A DNA stretch of 64,000 nt from Alphaproteobacteria bacterium (lineage in GTDB: Bacteria; Pseudomonadota; Alphaproteobacteria; ATCC43930; Allostellaceae). Position 1 is the first letter of the stretch; each line of letters begins with the position of its first letter. A program made the position numbers and the translations under genes. Below, piece by piece: positions 17,846 to 27,254 of the stretch. Below the pieces are notes generated by a model that saw only the letters and a program-made list of their open reading frames with translations, was not told where the DNA came from and did not search any database. Location of the stretch: the NCBI GenBank assembly GCA_020852355.1, contig JADZBA010000319.1:10513-74512 (forward strand), in the 5' to 3' direction.

Positions 17846-18835
17846 ATGGCGAAAGTCGTCATGGGAATCGGCAGCTCGCACAGCCCGGCGCTGCTGATGA
17901 AGCCGGATGCGTGGCTTGCCCGCGCCGAGGCCGACGACAAGCGCGACATGTTTGCGCTGCACGACCACACCGGCCGCAAGCTCTCCTACGCGGAACTGGC
18001 GACGCAGGCGCCGCGTTCGCTTCTGAAGGAGCTCGACCCGAACATCCTTCAGACGCGCCACGAAGCGAACGAAGCCGCGATCGCGCGCATCACCGAAGTG
18101 CTCGACGCCGCCGACCCCGACATCGTCCTGCTGATCGGCGACGACCACAAGGAAGTCTACCAGGACGACAACATGCCCGCGCTCGCCGTCTATTGGGGCG
18201 AGACGCTGCCCTACCGGCCCAAGGGCATGATGAAGTGGAAATACGATCCCAAGCTCATGCCGGACTTCTGGTATTGGCAGGACAATCGCGACTACCCCGT
18301 CGCGTCGGGCTTCGCGCGCCGCCTGATCGGCGATCTCATGGCGCGCGATTTCGATCCGGCGCACTCGAAATACTATCCCGAAGGCCAGGGCATGACCCAC
18401 TCCTTCGGCTACGTCTATCGCCGCATCATGACCAACAAGACCTATCCGGTCATCCCGGTCAGCGTGAACACCTACTACCCGCCGAACCAGATGCATCCCG
18501 GCCGCTGCTTCCGCATCGGCCAGGCCCTGCGCGAGGCGATCGAATCATGGACCGAGGATCTGCGTGTCGTCGTCATGGCGACCGGCGGCCTCAGCCATTT
18601 CGTGGTCGACGAGGCGTTCGACCGCGACTTCCTGCGCATCATGGACAAGGGCACGGCCGAAGATCACGCCGCCCTGCCGCTGGAAAAGCTCCAGTCGGGC
18701 AATTCCGAACTGCGCTGCTGGTCGGTCCTCGCCGGCGCGGTGCAGGGCATGGACATGAACCTCATCGACTATGTGCCGTGCTACCGCAGCGAAGCGGGCA
18801 CGGGATGCGCCATGGCGTTTGCCTATTGGGAGTAG
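17846..18835 (+). CDS. Class III (LigB-superfamily) extradiol ring-cleavage dioxygenase, single-subunit type
   Basis: 329 aa. GIGSSHSP near the N-terminus, LLIGDDHKEVY, MATGGLSHFVVDE. Confidence 0.8.
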   Translation: MAKVVMGIGSSHSPALLMKPDAWLARAEADDKRDMFALHDHTGRKLSYAELATQAPRSLLKELDPNILQTRHEANEAAIARITEVLDAADPDIVLLIGDDHKEVYQDDNMPALAVYWGETLPYRPKGMMKWKYDPKLMPDFWYWQDNRDYPVASGFARRLIGDLMARDFDPAHSKYYPEGQGMTHSFGYVYRRIMTNKTYPVIPVSVNTYYPPNQMHPGRCFRIGQALREAIESWTEDLRVVVMATGGLSHFVVDEAFDRDFLRIMDKGTAEDHAALPLEKLQSGNSELRCWSVLAGAVQGMDMNLIDYVPCYRSEAGTGCAMAFAYWE

Positions 18836-18869
18836 GGCAGGCGTCGCTTCGTTCAGGTCGAGTGATGGT

Positions 18870-20336
18870 ATGACGTCAACCGTGCGTGCCCGGCGGACCA
18901 GGGATGCGTCGTGGCGCAGCCTCCTCCGCGAAGAAGCCTGCGTCGGCGGCACCTGGATCGGGGCCGCGACATCCGCGCCGGTCCGCAATCCTGCCGACGG
19001 CAGCGTCCTCGGCCATGTGCCGAACCTGGACCGGGCCGCGGTGCAAGGCGCAATCGGCGCGGCGGCGCGGGCCTTGCCGGCCTGGCGCGGCTTGCTGCCG
19101 CGTCAGCGCGCCGACCACCTGATGGCCTGGCGCGCCGCCATCCTCGCGCGCGCCGACGATCTCGCCATGATCGTCACGCTCGAACAGGGCAAGCCGCTGG
19201 CCGACGCGCGCGGCGAAATCCTCTACGGCGCGGAGTTCGTGCGCTGGTTCGCGGAGGAAGCGAACCGCGCCTATGGCGATGTCATTCCGCCGCATCTGCC
19301 CGGCCGCAAGATGCTGGTGCAGCGCGAACCGGTGGGTGTCGCCGCGCTGGTGACGCCGTGGAATTTCCCGTCCGCCATGCTCACCCGCAAGGCCGCCGCC
19401 GCCCTCGCGGCCGGCTGCACCGCGGTGGCGGCGCCGTCGATGGAGACGCCCTTTTCCGCGCTCGCCCTCGCGCTCCTCGCCGTTGAGGCCGGGTTGCCGC
19501 CGGGCGTGCTCTCCGTGGTCACCGGCGCGCCGCCGGTCGTCGTCGGCGAACTCTGCAAGAGCCCTGCGGTGCGCGCGCTCTCCTTCACCGGCTCCACCGA
19601 AATCGGCCGCCTGCTCATGTCGCAATGCGCCCCCGGCGTGAAGCGCCTTTCGATGGAGCTAGGCGGCCACGCGCCCTTCCTCGTCTTCCCCGATGTCGAT
19701 GTCGAAGCGGCGGCGAAGGCGGCGGTCGCGGCCAAATACCAGACGAGCGGACAGGATTGCCTCGCCGCCAACCGCATCTATGTCCACGCCGACATCTATG
19801 GCGCCTTCATCGCTGCCTTCGTGCAGGAAACGCGCATGCTGAAGGTCGGCCCCGGCACCGATCCACAGAGCGACATCGGCCCCGTCATCAACACGGGGGT
19901 GCTCGACAAGGCGAAAGCGCATGTCCGCGACGCGCAAGCGAAGGGCGCCCGCGTCGCCAGCGGCGGCCGCTTCGGCCCCGGCCTCTTCTTCGAACCGACG
20001 GTCCTCGTCGACACCACGCCCGACATGCTGGTGATGCAGGAAGAAACCTTCGGCCCGGTCGCCGCGATCACGCCGTTCACCGACGAAGCCGCCGTCGTCG
20101 CCGCTGCCAACGACACCGAGTACGGCCTGATGGCCTATGTCTACACGCGCGACCTCTCGCGTGCCCATCGCCTCGGCGATGCGCTCGAATACGGCATGGT
20201 GGCGGTCAACACGATCAAGATCACCGGCGGCCCGATTCCCTTCGGCGGCGTCAAGCAATCCGGCCTCGGACGCGAAGGCTCGCGCTACGGCCTCGATGAA
20301 TTCACAGAGCTCAAATATGTCTGCCTCGCGATCTAG
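18870..20336 (+). CDS. NAD(P)-dependent aldehyde dehydrogenase (succinate-semialdehyde dehydrogenase-like)
   Basis: 488 aa from MTSTVRAR. ALDH motifs VTPWNFP, FTGSTEIG, MELGGHAP and the catalytic Cys region SGQDCLAANR. Confidence 0.88.
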   Translation: MTSTVRARRTRDASWRSLLREEACVGGTWIGAATSAPVRNPADGSVLGHVPNLDRAAVQGAIGAAARALPAWRGLLPRQRADHLMAWRAAILARADDLAMIVTLEQGKPLADARGEILYGAEFVRWFAEEANRAYGDVIPPHLPGRKMLVQREPVGVAALVTPWNFPSAMLTRKAAAALAAGCTAVAAPSMETPFSALALALLAVEAGLPPGVLSVVTGAPPVVVGELCKSPAVRALSFTGSTEIGRLLMSQCAPGVKRLSMELGGHAPFLVFPDVDVEAAAKAAVAAKYQTSGQDCLAANRIYVHADIYGAFIAAFVQETRMLKVGPGTDPQSDIGPVINTGVLDKAKAHVRDAQAKGARVASGGRFGPGLFFEPTVLVDTTPDMLVMQEETFGPVAAITPFTDEAAVVAAANDTEYGLMAYVYTRDLSRAHRLGDALEYGMVAVNTIKITGGPIPFGGVKQSGLGREGSRYGLDEFTELKYVCLAI

Positions 20337-20358
20337 CGGGCGGCATCAAGGATCGATC

Positions 20359-21987
20359 ATGGAGAACAAGACCGTCGCCCTCGAAGTGGCGGAGACCCTT
20401 CGCGACCTCGGCGTCAAATTCGTCTTCGGCGTGCCCAGCGGCGGCTGGGTCGACTACATGGACGCCCTGCGCAAGACCGAGGGCATCGAGTTCATCCTCG
20501 CGACGCACGAGGGCGGCGCGGGCATGATGGCCGATGTCTGCGGCCGCCTCTCGGGCGCGCCGGGTGTCTGCTTCGGCACCTTCGGCCCCGGCGCCACAAA
20601 TCTCGCGACCGGCGTCGGCGAAGCCCTGCTCGACCGCTCGCCGATGATCGCGCTGACCGACGAAATGCCCGCCGCCATGCGCACCCGCACGACCCAGATG
20701 GGCATCGACCACCAGGCTCTCTTCGCGCCGCTGACCAAGAAAACGACGCGCCTCGAAGCCGGCAGGGTGCGCGAGATCCTGCACGACGCCGCAACCGTCG
20801 CGCTGACCCCGCGGCCCGGCCCGGTCCATGTCGGCCTGCCCACCGGCCTCTCCGCCGAAACCGCAGCGCCGTCGGGCGGCGCCTTCAAGGCGCCCGCCGG
20901 ACCCAAGCCCGCGCCCGCCGATCGCATCGAAAAGGCCGGCAAGCTCTTCGACGCCGCCCGCAAGCCCGTCCTCGCCGTCGGCCTCGGCGCCGCCCGGGCC
21001 GGTGTCGGCGCTGAGATCGTCGCGCTCGCCGACAAATACCAGGTCCCGGTCATCCTCACGCCGATGGCCAAGGGCCTGCTGCCCGAGACGCACCCCTGCT
21101 ATGCCGGTGTCGTCTTCCACGCCCTCAGCGACATCGTCGGCCAGACCCACGCCCAGGCCGATCTCGTCGTCGCGATCGGCTACGACCCCGTCGAGTTCAA
21201 CTACGAAAGCTGGATGCCGAAGGCGCCGCTCGTCAGCTTCGACACCGAACCGGCCGACATCGACACCAAGGAATACGACCTCGCCTGCGATGTCGTCGGC
21301 GACATCGCCGCCTCGCTGAAAGCCCTGCTCGCGCGTCAGACGCCCGCCAAGCAATGGGACCTCGCCGCCCTCGCCGATCGCCGCGAGACGATGTTCGCGA
21401 AGCTGAAGGGCGCGACATCGGGCCCCTTCGGCCCGCGCGCCGCCCTCGACGTGCTGCGCGAGGTGCTGCCGCAGAACGGCATCATGACCTGCGACGTCGG
21501 CGCGCACACGCACCTGATCGGACAGCATTGGCGCACGCCCGCGCCGGGCCTCCAGATCATGACCAATGGCTGGTCCACGATGGGCTTCGGCGTCCCCGCG
21601 GCGATCGGCGCCAAGCTGGCGAAGCCGGATGTACCGGTCTGCGCCGTGGTCGGAGACGGCGGCTTCCTGATGACGGTCGGCGAACTCGCGACCGCCGTCC
21701 GCTATAACGTCAAGATCGTCGTGGTGCTGCTCACCGACAACGATCTCGCGCTCATCCGCATCAAGCAGGAAAAGAAGGGCAAGCCGATCTACGGCACGCC
21801 GGTGCGCGACGGCGGCAAGGTGGGCGAGGCCAATCTTTTCGGCGTGCCGGTGCGCACCGCCGAAGACCCCGCCACCTTCCGGCGCCTCCTCGAAGAAGCC
21901 TTCGCCGCCGACGGCCCCGTCGTCGTCGAAGCGCGTGTCGACAGCCGCGAATATGACGGCCTGGTCCTGCGCAAGGACAAGGCCTGA
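20359..21987 (+). CDS. Thiamine-diphosphate-dependent enzyme of the acetolactate synthase / benzoylformate decarboxylase / 2-hydroxyacyl-CoA lyase superfamily
   Basis: 542 aa from MENKTVALEVAETLRDLGVKFVFGVPSG. Catalytic Glu region ATHEGGAGMMAD. ThDP-binding motif GDGGF...TDND. No ALS small-subunit gene nearby. Confidence 0.85.
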   Translation: MENKTVALEVAETLRDLGVKFVFGVPSGGWVDYMDALRKTEGIEFILATHEGGAGMMADVCGRLSGAPGVCFGTFGPGATNLATGVGEALLDRSPMIALTDEMPAAMRTRTTQMGIDHQALFAPLTKKTTRLEAGRVREILHDAATVALTPRPGPVHVGLPTGLSAETAAPSGGAFKAPAGPKPAPADRIEKAGKLFDAARKPVLAVGLGAARAGVGAEIVALADKYQVPVILTPMAKGLLPETHPCYAGVVFHALSDIVGQTHAQADLVVAIGYDPVEFNYESWMPKAPLVSFDTEPADIDTKEYDLACDVVGDIAASLKALLARQTPAKQWDLAALADRRETMFAKLKGATSGPFGPRAALDVLREVLPQNGIMTCDVGAHTHLIGQHWRTPAPGLQIMTNGWSTMGFGVPAAIGAKLAKPDVPVCAVVGDGGFLMTVGELATAVRYNVKIVVVLLTDNDLALIRIKQEKKGKPIYGTPVRDGGKVGEANLFGVPVRTAEDPATFRRLLEEAFAADGPVVVEARVDSREYDGLVLRKDKA

Positions 21988-22018
21988 TTTCACGAAACGC
22001 CGCAGGGGGGAGCGCGCC

Positions 22019-22843
22019 ATGCCGTATGTGAATGCTGGAGAGAGCAGGCTCTATTACGAGCAATACGGCGAAGGCGTGCCGGTCGTCCTCGCGCACGGCG
22101 TCGGCGGCAATCACGCGAGCTGGTTCAACCAGATCCCGACGCTCTCGAAATCCTATCGCGTCATCTCCATCGACCAGCGCGCCTTCGGCAATTCGACCGA
22201 TGCCGAAGGCCTCGGCCGCTCGGCCTTCGTCGACGACCTGAGGCTCCTGCTCGACGAACTGAAGATCGACCGCGCCGCCCTCGTCGGCCAGTCGATGGGC
22301 GGCGGCACCTGCGCCGCCTTCACCTGCCGCTACCCGGAGCGTGTCGTTGCGCTGGCGGTCTGCGATTCGCTCGCCGCCATCCGCCTGCCTGAGCCCTACG
22401 CGTCGGAGCTCACCGCGCTCAATGCCGCCACCCGCGATTTCTCCCAGGCCCAGCGCGTGCTCGGCAAGACGACCCTCGCGGCCGATCCCGAGCGCACGCT
22501 GCTCTATCTCCAGATCGCCAGCTTCAACAGCGTCACGCTGAAGACCGTGAAGGGCGCGCCCGTCCCCTGGACGCCGTCCGAACTCGCCGCGACCGGCGTG
22601 CCCATCCTCTATCTCGTCGGGGAAGAGGACGTGATCTGCACGCCGAATCTCATCCGCGCCGCGCACGGGCTGACGCCCGGCTCGCGCTATGTGGAGCTGC
22701 CGAAGTCCGGCCACTCCGCCTATTTCGAAACACCGTCGGCGTTCAATGCGGCGCTGCTGCAATTCCTTGCTGCGAGCTGCCGCGCGGACTTATCGCCGGG
22801 CGAGCCCCCCTTGCGCGGCGGCGCTTGCGGCGCGAACCCTTGA
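22019..22843 (+). CDS. Alpha/beta-fold hydrolase
   Basis: 274 aa from MPYVNAGESRLYYEQYGEG. HGVGG oxyanion region and nucleophile elbow GQSMGG. The last ~24 residues (AASCRADLSPGEPPLRGGACGANP) look like a non-native tail. Confidence 0.8.
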   Translation: MPYVNAGESRLYYEQYGEGVPVVLAHGVGGNHASWFNQIPTLSKSYRVISIDQRAFGNSTDAEGLGRSAFVDDLRLLLDELKIDRAALVGQSMGGGTCAAFTCRYPERVVALAVCDSLAAIRLPEPYASELTALNAATRDFSQAQRVLGKTTLAADPERTLLYLQIASFNSVTLKTVKGAPVPWTPSELAATGVPILYLVGEEDVICTPNLIRAAHGLTPGSRYVELPKSGHSAYFETPSAFNAALLQFLAASCRADLSPGEPPLRGGACGANP

Positions 22844-22959
22844 AATCCCGCGCAAAACGGCGGGCTGACGGGGATTCCTGACATTCGCTGCATCGCAGCA
22901 TCGCAATTGCGAGACGGGCGGTTGACAGTCATTCCCAGAAGCGTACCGTCCACGGACTC

Positions 22960-22974
22960 TGTATGCAGAATGCA
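22960..22974. promoter_or_regulatory. Regulon operator, site H: TGTATGCAGAATGCA
   Basis: Matches the palindrome at 11 of 14 positions. It lies 43 nt upstream of the TonB-dependent receptor start codon. A CATAAT -10-like hexamer follows it. Confidence 0.5.
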
Positions 22975-23016
22975 GGGTGCATAATCACATATATATGGCT
23001 TTGACGCGGGGGCAGT

Positions 23017-25326
23017 ATGAGCAGGTACGGAAGACTAGGCGGTAAGACGCGTCTGATGCTGAGCAGCGGTCTCGGCCTCATGGCGGTGGCATTGGCAGGC
23101 GTCGCGGCGGCGCAGGGTACGCCCGCCCGCACGGCGGGTGACGGGTCCGAGGAAGTGGTCGTCACCGCGACCCGCCGCGAAGCCCAGGTCCAGGACATTC
23201 CGCTTTCGGTGAGCGCCTATACCGGGCAGGCGCTGGAGGCGCGCAACGTCACGTCGTTCCAGGATCTCACGAAGATCGACCCGACCTTCGCGACCCAGAA
23301 TTTCGGTGCCGCGTTCAACCAGTACATCATCCGCGGCGTCGCCTCGCAGATCGGCCAGACGGTCGGCGTCTATCTCGACGACGCACCCATCCTCGGCGGC
23401 TCGCTCACGGAAGACGGCGGCGACGGCAAGCCGGGCCTTCGCCTGCACGACATCCAGCGCGTCGAAATCCTGCGCGGCCCGCAGGGCACGCTGTTCGGGT
23501 CCAGCTCGATGAGCGGCACGCTGCGGGTGATCGAGAACCGTCCCGACTTCAAGAATGTCGAGGGCAGTTGGTCGGCCTCCATGTCGACGACCGACGGCGG
23601 CAACAATCTCTACATGGGCGACGTGGCGGTGAACCTGCCGGTCGTGAAGGACAAGCTGGCGATCCGCACCGTGCTCTGGGGCGAATCCGGCGGCGGCTTC
23701 ATCGATCAGGAAACCGCGAATTTCGACTACAAGAACGCCAACGACGTCACCACCAAGGGCGGCCGCATCTCGATCGGCGCCGAGGTGACCCCCGAATTCC
23801 ACCTGCTGGGCATGTACACCCACCAGGAGATCGACGTCGACGGCGTGCAGTCCTGGGCGCTCGGCCAGCCGGACTATGTCAGCAATCTGCGCGCGACCGA
23901 GCCCTACAGCGACGACTACGACCTCGGCTATGTCGAAGCGACCTACGACGCGTCTTTCGGCACGTTCCTCTTCGCCTATTCGAACACCCAGCAATGGGTC
24001 AGCCGCACCGCCGACACCTCGCAGACCTGCAACAATTTCGGCATCCCCGGCGCCTGCGCGATCACCCAGGCCCAGAATTTCGATGCGGATACCTTGGAGG
24101 GCCGCTTCAGCTCGTCCTTCGACGGGCCGTTCCAAGTCGTGGTCGGCGCCTATTACGAGAACAGCACCGTGTCGAACGAGACGACGGTGAAGCTCGCCAA
24201 CAGCGCCAACGGCGAAGCGCCCTGCGTGACCTATCGCGAGTGCACCGACGGCAATTTCTCGCGCAGCATCGTGTTCTCGACCGTCGACAACATCGACGTC
24301 GAGCAATACGCGCTCTACGCCCAGGGCGACTACGAGATCACCAGTCAGCTCACCGCCACCGTCGGCATCCGCTACTACTCCGCCGACATCAAGGACTACG
24401 GCACCATCCAGCAGGACGTGTTCGCGACGAACCCGGTCTGCGCCGAGCACTACAACGTGCCGCGTCCGGTCTGCGGCTTCGCCTTGGGTGATATCACGGT
24501 GCCCTACGCCCGCGAATCCGGCGACAGCTCGGAATCGAAGACGACGTTCAACTTCTCGCTGCTCTACGAGATGAACGACGACGTCAGCTTCTACGCGCGC
24601 GCCGCTTCGGGCTTCCGCATCGGCGGCGTCAACAATATCGCCCTGCTCGCGGGCTCGGGCGGCGTCGATGTGCCCGACTCCTACGGCCCCGATACGCTGT
24701 GGTCCTACGAACTCGGCACCAAGGCCTATTTCTGGGAGCGCAAGGGCAATATCGACCTGGCGGTGTATTACATCGACTGGACCGACCAGCAGCTCGGCTC
24801 GACCGATCCGTCGGGTGCGTTCGACTTCATCATCAACGGCGGCAAGACGGCGGTCTACGGCGTCGAGCTGCAAGGCACCATCATGCCGGTCGACGGCCTG
24901 ACGCTGGGCGGCGGCATCACCTTCACCGATGCCACCCTGGCGGAAGACCTGCCTGCGGTCTCGACCTCGGTCGGCGACGACGGTGACCGCATTCCGGGTG
25001 TCGCCAAGTGGCGCGGTTCGGTGACCGGCGAATACGAGTTCGGTCTCACCGAAACGACGCAGGGCTACGTCCAGGCTTCGGCGAACTTCCGCAGCAAGAC
25101 CGCCACGGCCTTCAACGACACCGACCCCAACTACCGCAAGCTCGACTCCTACTGGCTGTGGGATGCCGCGGTCGGCGTGCGCTACGAACAGTGGGACGCC
25201 CAGCTCTTCTTCCAGAACATCGGCAACGAGGCGGCGCAGCTCGCGCTGAACGTCGGCAACGACGGCCTGCGCGTCTACTCGCCGCGTCCGTTCACGGTGG
25301 GCCTCCGGATTTCGAGCAGCTTCTGA
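23017..25326 (+). CDS. TonB-dependent outer-membrane receptor
   Basis: 769 aa. Signal peptide (LMAVALAGVAAAQG). Plug-region TonB-box-like EVVVTATRRE. Long beta-barrel region rich in Y/G/D/N. C-terminal aromatic residue (...RISSSF). Confidence 0.9.
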   Translation: MSRYGRLGGKTRLMLSSGLGLMAVALAGVAAAQGTPARTAGDGSEEVVVTATRREAQVQDIPLSVSAYTGQALEARNVTSFQDLTKIDPTFATQNFGAAFNQYIIRGVASQIGQTVGVYLDDAPILGGSLTEDGGDGKPGLRLHDIQRVEILRGPQGTLFGSSSMSGTLRVIENRPDFKNVEGSWSASMSTTDGGNNLYMGDVAVNLPVVKDKLAIRTVLWGESGGGFIDQETANFDYKNANDVTTKGGRISIGAEVTPEFHLLGMYTHQEIDVDGVQSWALGQPDYVSNLRATEPYSDDYDLGYVEATYDASFGTFLFAYSNTQQWVSRTADTSQTCNNFGIPGACAITQAQNFDADTLEGRFSSSFDGPFQVVVGAYYENSTVSNETTVKLANSANGEAPCVTYRECTDGNFSRSIVFSTVDNIDVEQYALYAQGDYEITSQLTATVGIRYYSADIKDYGTIQQDVFATNPVCAEHYNVPRPVCGFALGDITVPYARESGDSSESKTTFNFSLLYEMNDDVSFYARAASGFRIGGVNNIALLAGSGGVDVPDSYGPDTLWSYELGTKAYFWERKGNIDLAVYYIDWTDQQLGSTDPSGAFDFIINGGKTAVYGVELQGTIMPVDGLTLGGGITFTDATLAEDLPAVSTSVGDDGDRIPGVAKWRGSVTGEYEFGLTETTQGYVQASANFRSKTATAFNDTDPNYRKLDSYWLWDAAVGVRYEQWDAQLFFQNIGNEAAQLALNVGNDGLRVYSPRPFTVGLRISSSF

Positions 25327-25344
25327 TCCGGGTTTGATGCAAAG

Positions 25345-25383
25345 AAGGGGCTGCGCTGCGATGCGGCGCGGCCCCTTTCGTTT
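25345..25383 (+). terminator. Rho-independent terminator-like hairpin after the TonB-dependent receptor gene
   Basis: AAGGGGCTGCGC (25345-25356) pairs with GCGCGGCCCCTT (25366-25377), including one G-U pair. TCGTTT follows. Confidence 0.55.
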
Positions 25384-25392
25384 GAGGCGACC

Positions 25393-27198
25393 ATGGCGGC
25401 ACAAGGCTTCACCACGCGCCCGACCATCCGCGGCACCTTCGGTGTCGTCGCGGCGACCCACTGGATCGCCGCGCAGGTCGGCATGCGCATGCTGGAGCGC
25501 GGCGGCAATGCCTTCGATGCCGCGGTCGCCGCCGGGCTGGTGGAACAGATCGTCGAGCCGCATCTCTGCGGCCCTGCCGGCGAAGTCCCCATAATCTTCC
25601 ACCATGCCGCCAGCGGCGCGACGCGCGTCCTCTGCGGCCAGGGCGTCGCGCCGCAGGCCGCCACCATCGAAGCCTTCGCCGCGCAGGGCCTCGACATGGT
25701 GCCCGGCGCGGGCATCATTTCGGCCGTCGTCCCCGGCGCCTTCGACGCCTGGATGACCCTCCTGCGCGACTATGGTTCGCTCCCCCTCGCCGACATCTTG
25801 GAGCCCGCCATCGGCTATGCGGAGAACGGCCACCCGATCCTCCCCGGCGCGGCGCGGGCGATCGCCGAGGTCGAACAGACCTTCCGCACCGAATGGACGA
25901 CCTCCTGCGACATCTGGCTCCCCGGCAACGCGCCGCCGCAGCCGCAGTCGCTCTTCCGCAACCCCGTCCTCGCCGCCACCTACAAGCGCATCCTCGCCGA
26001 AGCCGAAAGCGCCGGCGGCGACCGCGTGCGGCAGATCGAACGGGCGCGCGCCGCCTGGTCGCGCGGCTTCGTCGCAGAGGCCGTCGACACATTCGTCCGC
26101 GCCGCGCCCTCGATGGATTCCAGCGGCGAACGTCGCCGCGGGCTTCTCACCGGCGACGACATGGCGCGCTGGTCCGCGACCTACGAAGACCCCGCGCACC
26201 ATGACTACAAGGGCTGGACGATCTGCAAGACCGGCCCGTGGGGGCAGGGGCCGGCGCTGCTCCAGGCCCTCAGCCTCCTCTCCGGCTTCGACCTCGACCG
26301 CCTCCCGCCGGACTCGCCCGACTTCATCCACCTCGTGCTGGAATCGATCGGCCTCGCCTTCGCGGATCGCGAGACTTATTACGGCGATCCGGACTTCGTC
26401 GAGGTCCCGCTAGACCGCCTGCTCGGCGAAGATTATGCGCGCGCCCGCCGCGCCGAGATCGCGCCGGACGCCTCACGCGAATTCCGGCCCGGCCGCCTCG
26501 CCGGCTTCGAGGCGCAGGTCGACCGCGCCCGGTCGCTCCTCCGCATCGCCAGGCCCGAAGCGCGAACCGGCATCGGCGTCGGTGAGCCCACCATGGCGCA
26601 TCTCCGTCCGAAGCCGCGCGACACCACGCATCTCGACGTGATCGACCGCCACGGCAACATGGTCAGCGCGACACCCTCCGGCGGCTGGCCGCAATCCTCG
26701 CCGACCATTCCCGGGCTCGGCTTCGCGCTGAACACGCGCCTCCAGATGTTCTGGCTGACGCAGGGTGTGCCCTCCAGCCTCGCGCCCGGCAAGCGCCCGC
26801 GCACCACGCTCACCCCGACGCTCGCCTTCGATCACGGCCGGCCCGCGCTCGTCTGCGGCAGCCCCGGCGGCGACCAGCAGGACCAGTGGCAGCTCTTGCT
26901 GCTCCTCCGCCGCATCCATCACGGCATGAGCCTTCAGCAGGCCATCGACGCCCCGATGTTCCACAGCCTGCACTTCCCGTCATCTTTCTATCCGCGCGAA
27001 GCGATCCTCGGCGCCAGCGTCCTCGAAGAAGGCCACGCGCCGGAGACCATCGCAGCCCTGCGCGCCCGCGGCCACGACATCACGATCGCACCCGCCTGGT
27101 CCGTCGGCCGCCTCACCGCCGCCGAACGCGACGCCACCGGCACCCTTAACGCCGCCGCCTCCCCCCGACTGATGCAGGCCTACGCCGTGGGGCGGTAG
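25393..27198 (+). CDS. Gamma-glutamyltransferase-family Ntn hydrolase with no evident signal peptide
   Basis: 601 aa. GGNAFDAAVAAG near the N-terminus. Autoprocessing/nucleophile region RDTTHLDVIDRHGNMVSATPSGG. GSPGGDQ near the C-terminus. The N-terminus MAAQGFTTRPTIRG is not signal-like. Confidence 0.85.
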   Translation: MAAQGFTTRPTIRGTFGVVAATHWIAAQVGMRMLERGGNAFDAAVAAGLVEQIVEPHLCGPAGEVPIIFHHAASGATRVLCGQGVAPQAATIEAFAAQGLDMVPGAGIISAVVPGAFDAWMTLLRDYGSLPLADILEPAIGYAENGHPILPGAARAIAEVEQTFRTEWTTSCDIWLPGNAPPQPQSLFRNPVLAATYKRILAEAESAGGDRVRQIERARAAWSRGFVAEAVDTFVRAAPSMDSSGERRRGLLTGDDMARWSATYEDPAHHDYKGWTICKTGPWGQGPALLQALSLLSGFDLDRLPPDSPDFIHLVLESIGLAFADRETYYGDPDFVEVPLDRLLGEDYARARRAEIAPDASREFRPGRLAGFEAQVDRARSLLRIARPEARTGIGVGEPTMAHLRPKPRDTTHLDVIDRHGNMVSATPSGGWPQSSPTIPGLGFALNTRLQMFWLTQGVPSSLAPGKRPRTTLTPTLAFDHGRPALVCGSPGGDQQDQWQLLLLLRRIHHGMSLQQAIDAPMFHSLHFPSSFYPREAILGASVLEEGHAPETIAALRARGHDITIAPAWSVGRLTAAERDATGTLNAAASPRLMQAYAVGR

Positions 27199-27232
27199 GG
27201 CGCTTCAACACCAACGCGTGCCATGGCAAATG

Positions 27233-27254
27233 CTGAAGAAAGGCGGCCCCCGCC
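27233..27254 (-). terminator. Weak terminator-like hairpin directly after the cupin gene stop
   Basis: On the minus strand, GGCGG-GGG-CCGCC followed by TTTCTT. The stem is only 5 bp. Confidence 0.3.

Noticed and set aside
20359-21987. Reading the ThDP enzyme as a biosynthetic acetolactate synthase (ilvB/ilvI)
   Set aside because: There is no regulatory small-subunit gene and no other ilv gene nearby. The gene sits inside an operator-controlled catabolic operon. Only the superfamily assignment is retained.
22901-22912. A perfect 12-bp palindrome, TCGCAATTGCGA, upstream of the first TonB-dependent receptor gene
   Set aside because: It is a single occurrence, short, and has no second copy noticed elsewhere in the window. 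The regulon operator at 22960-22974 already accounts for regulation of this promoter. It is noted but not called as a feature.
23035-26331. A 1098-aa ORF on the minus strand, the longest in the track
   Set aside because: It is antisense to the well-supported TonB-dependent receptor and GGT-family genes. Its translation is Arg/Ala/Gly/Asp-rich low-complexity sequence with no recognisable domain. This is the usual shadow ORF of a high-GC genome.
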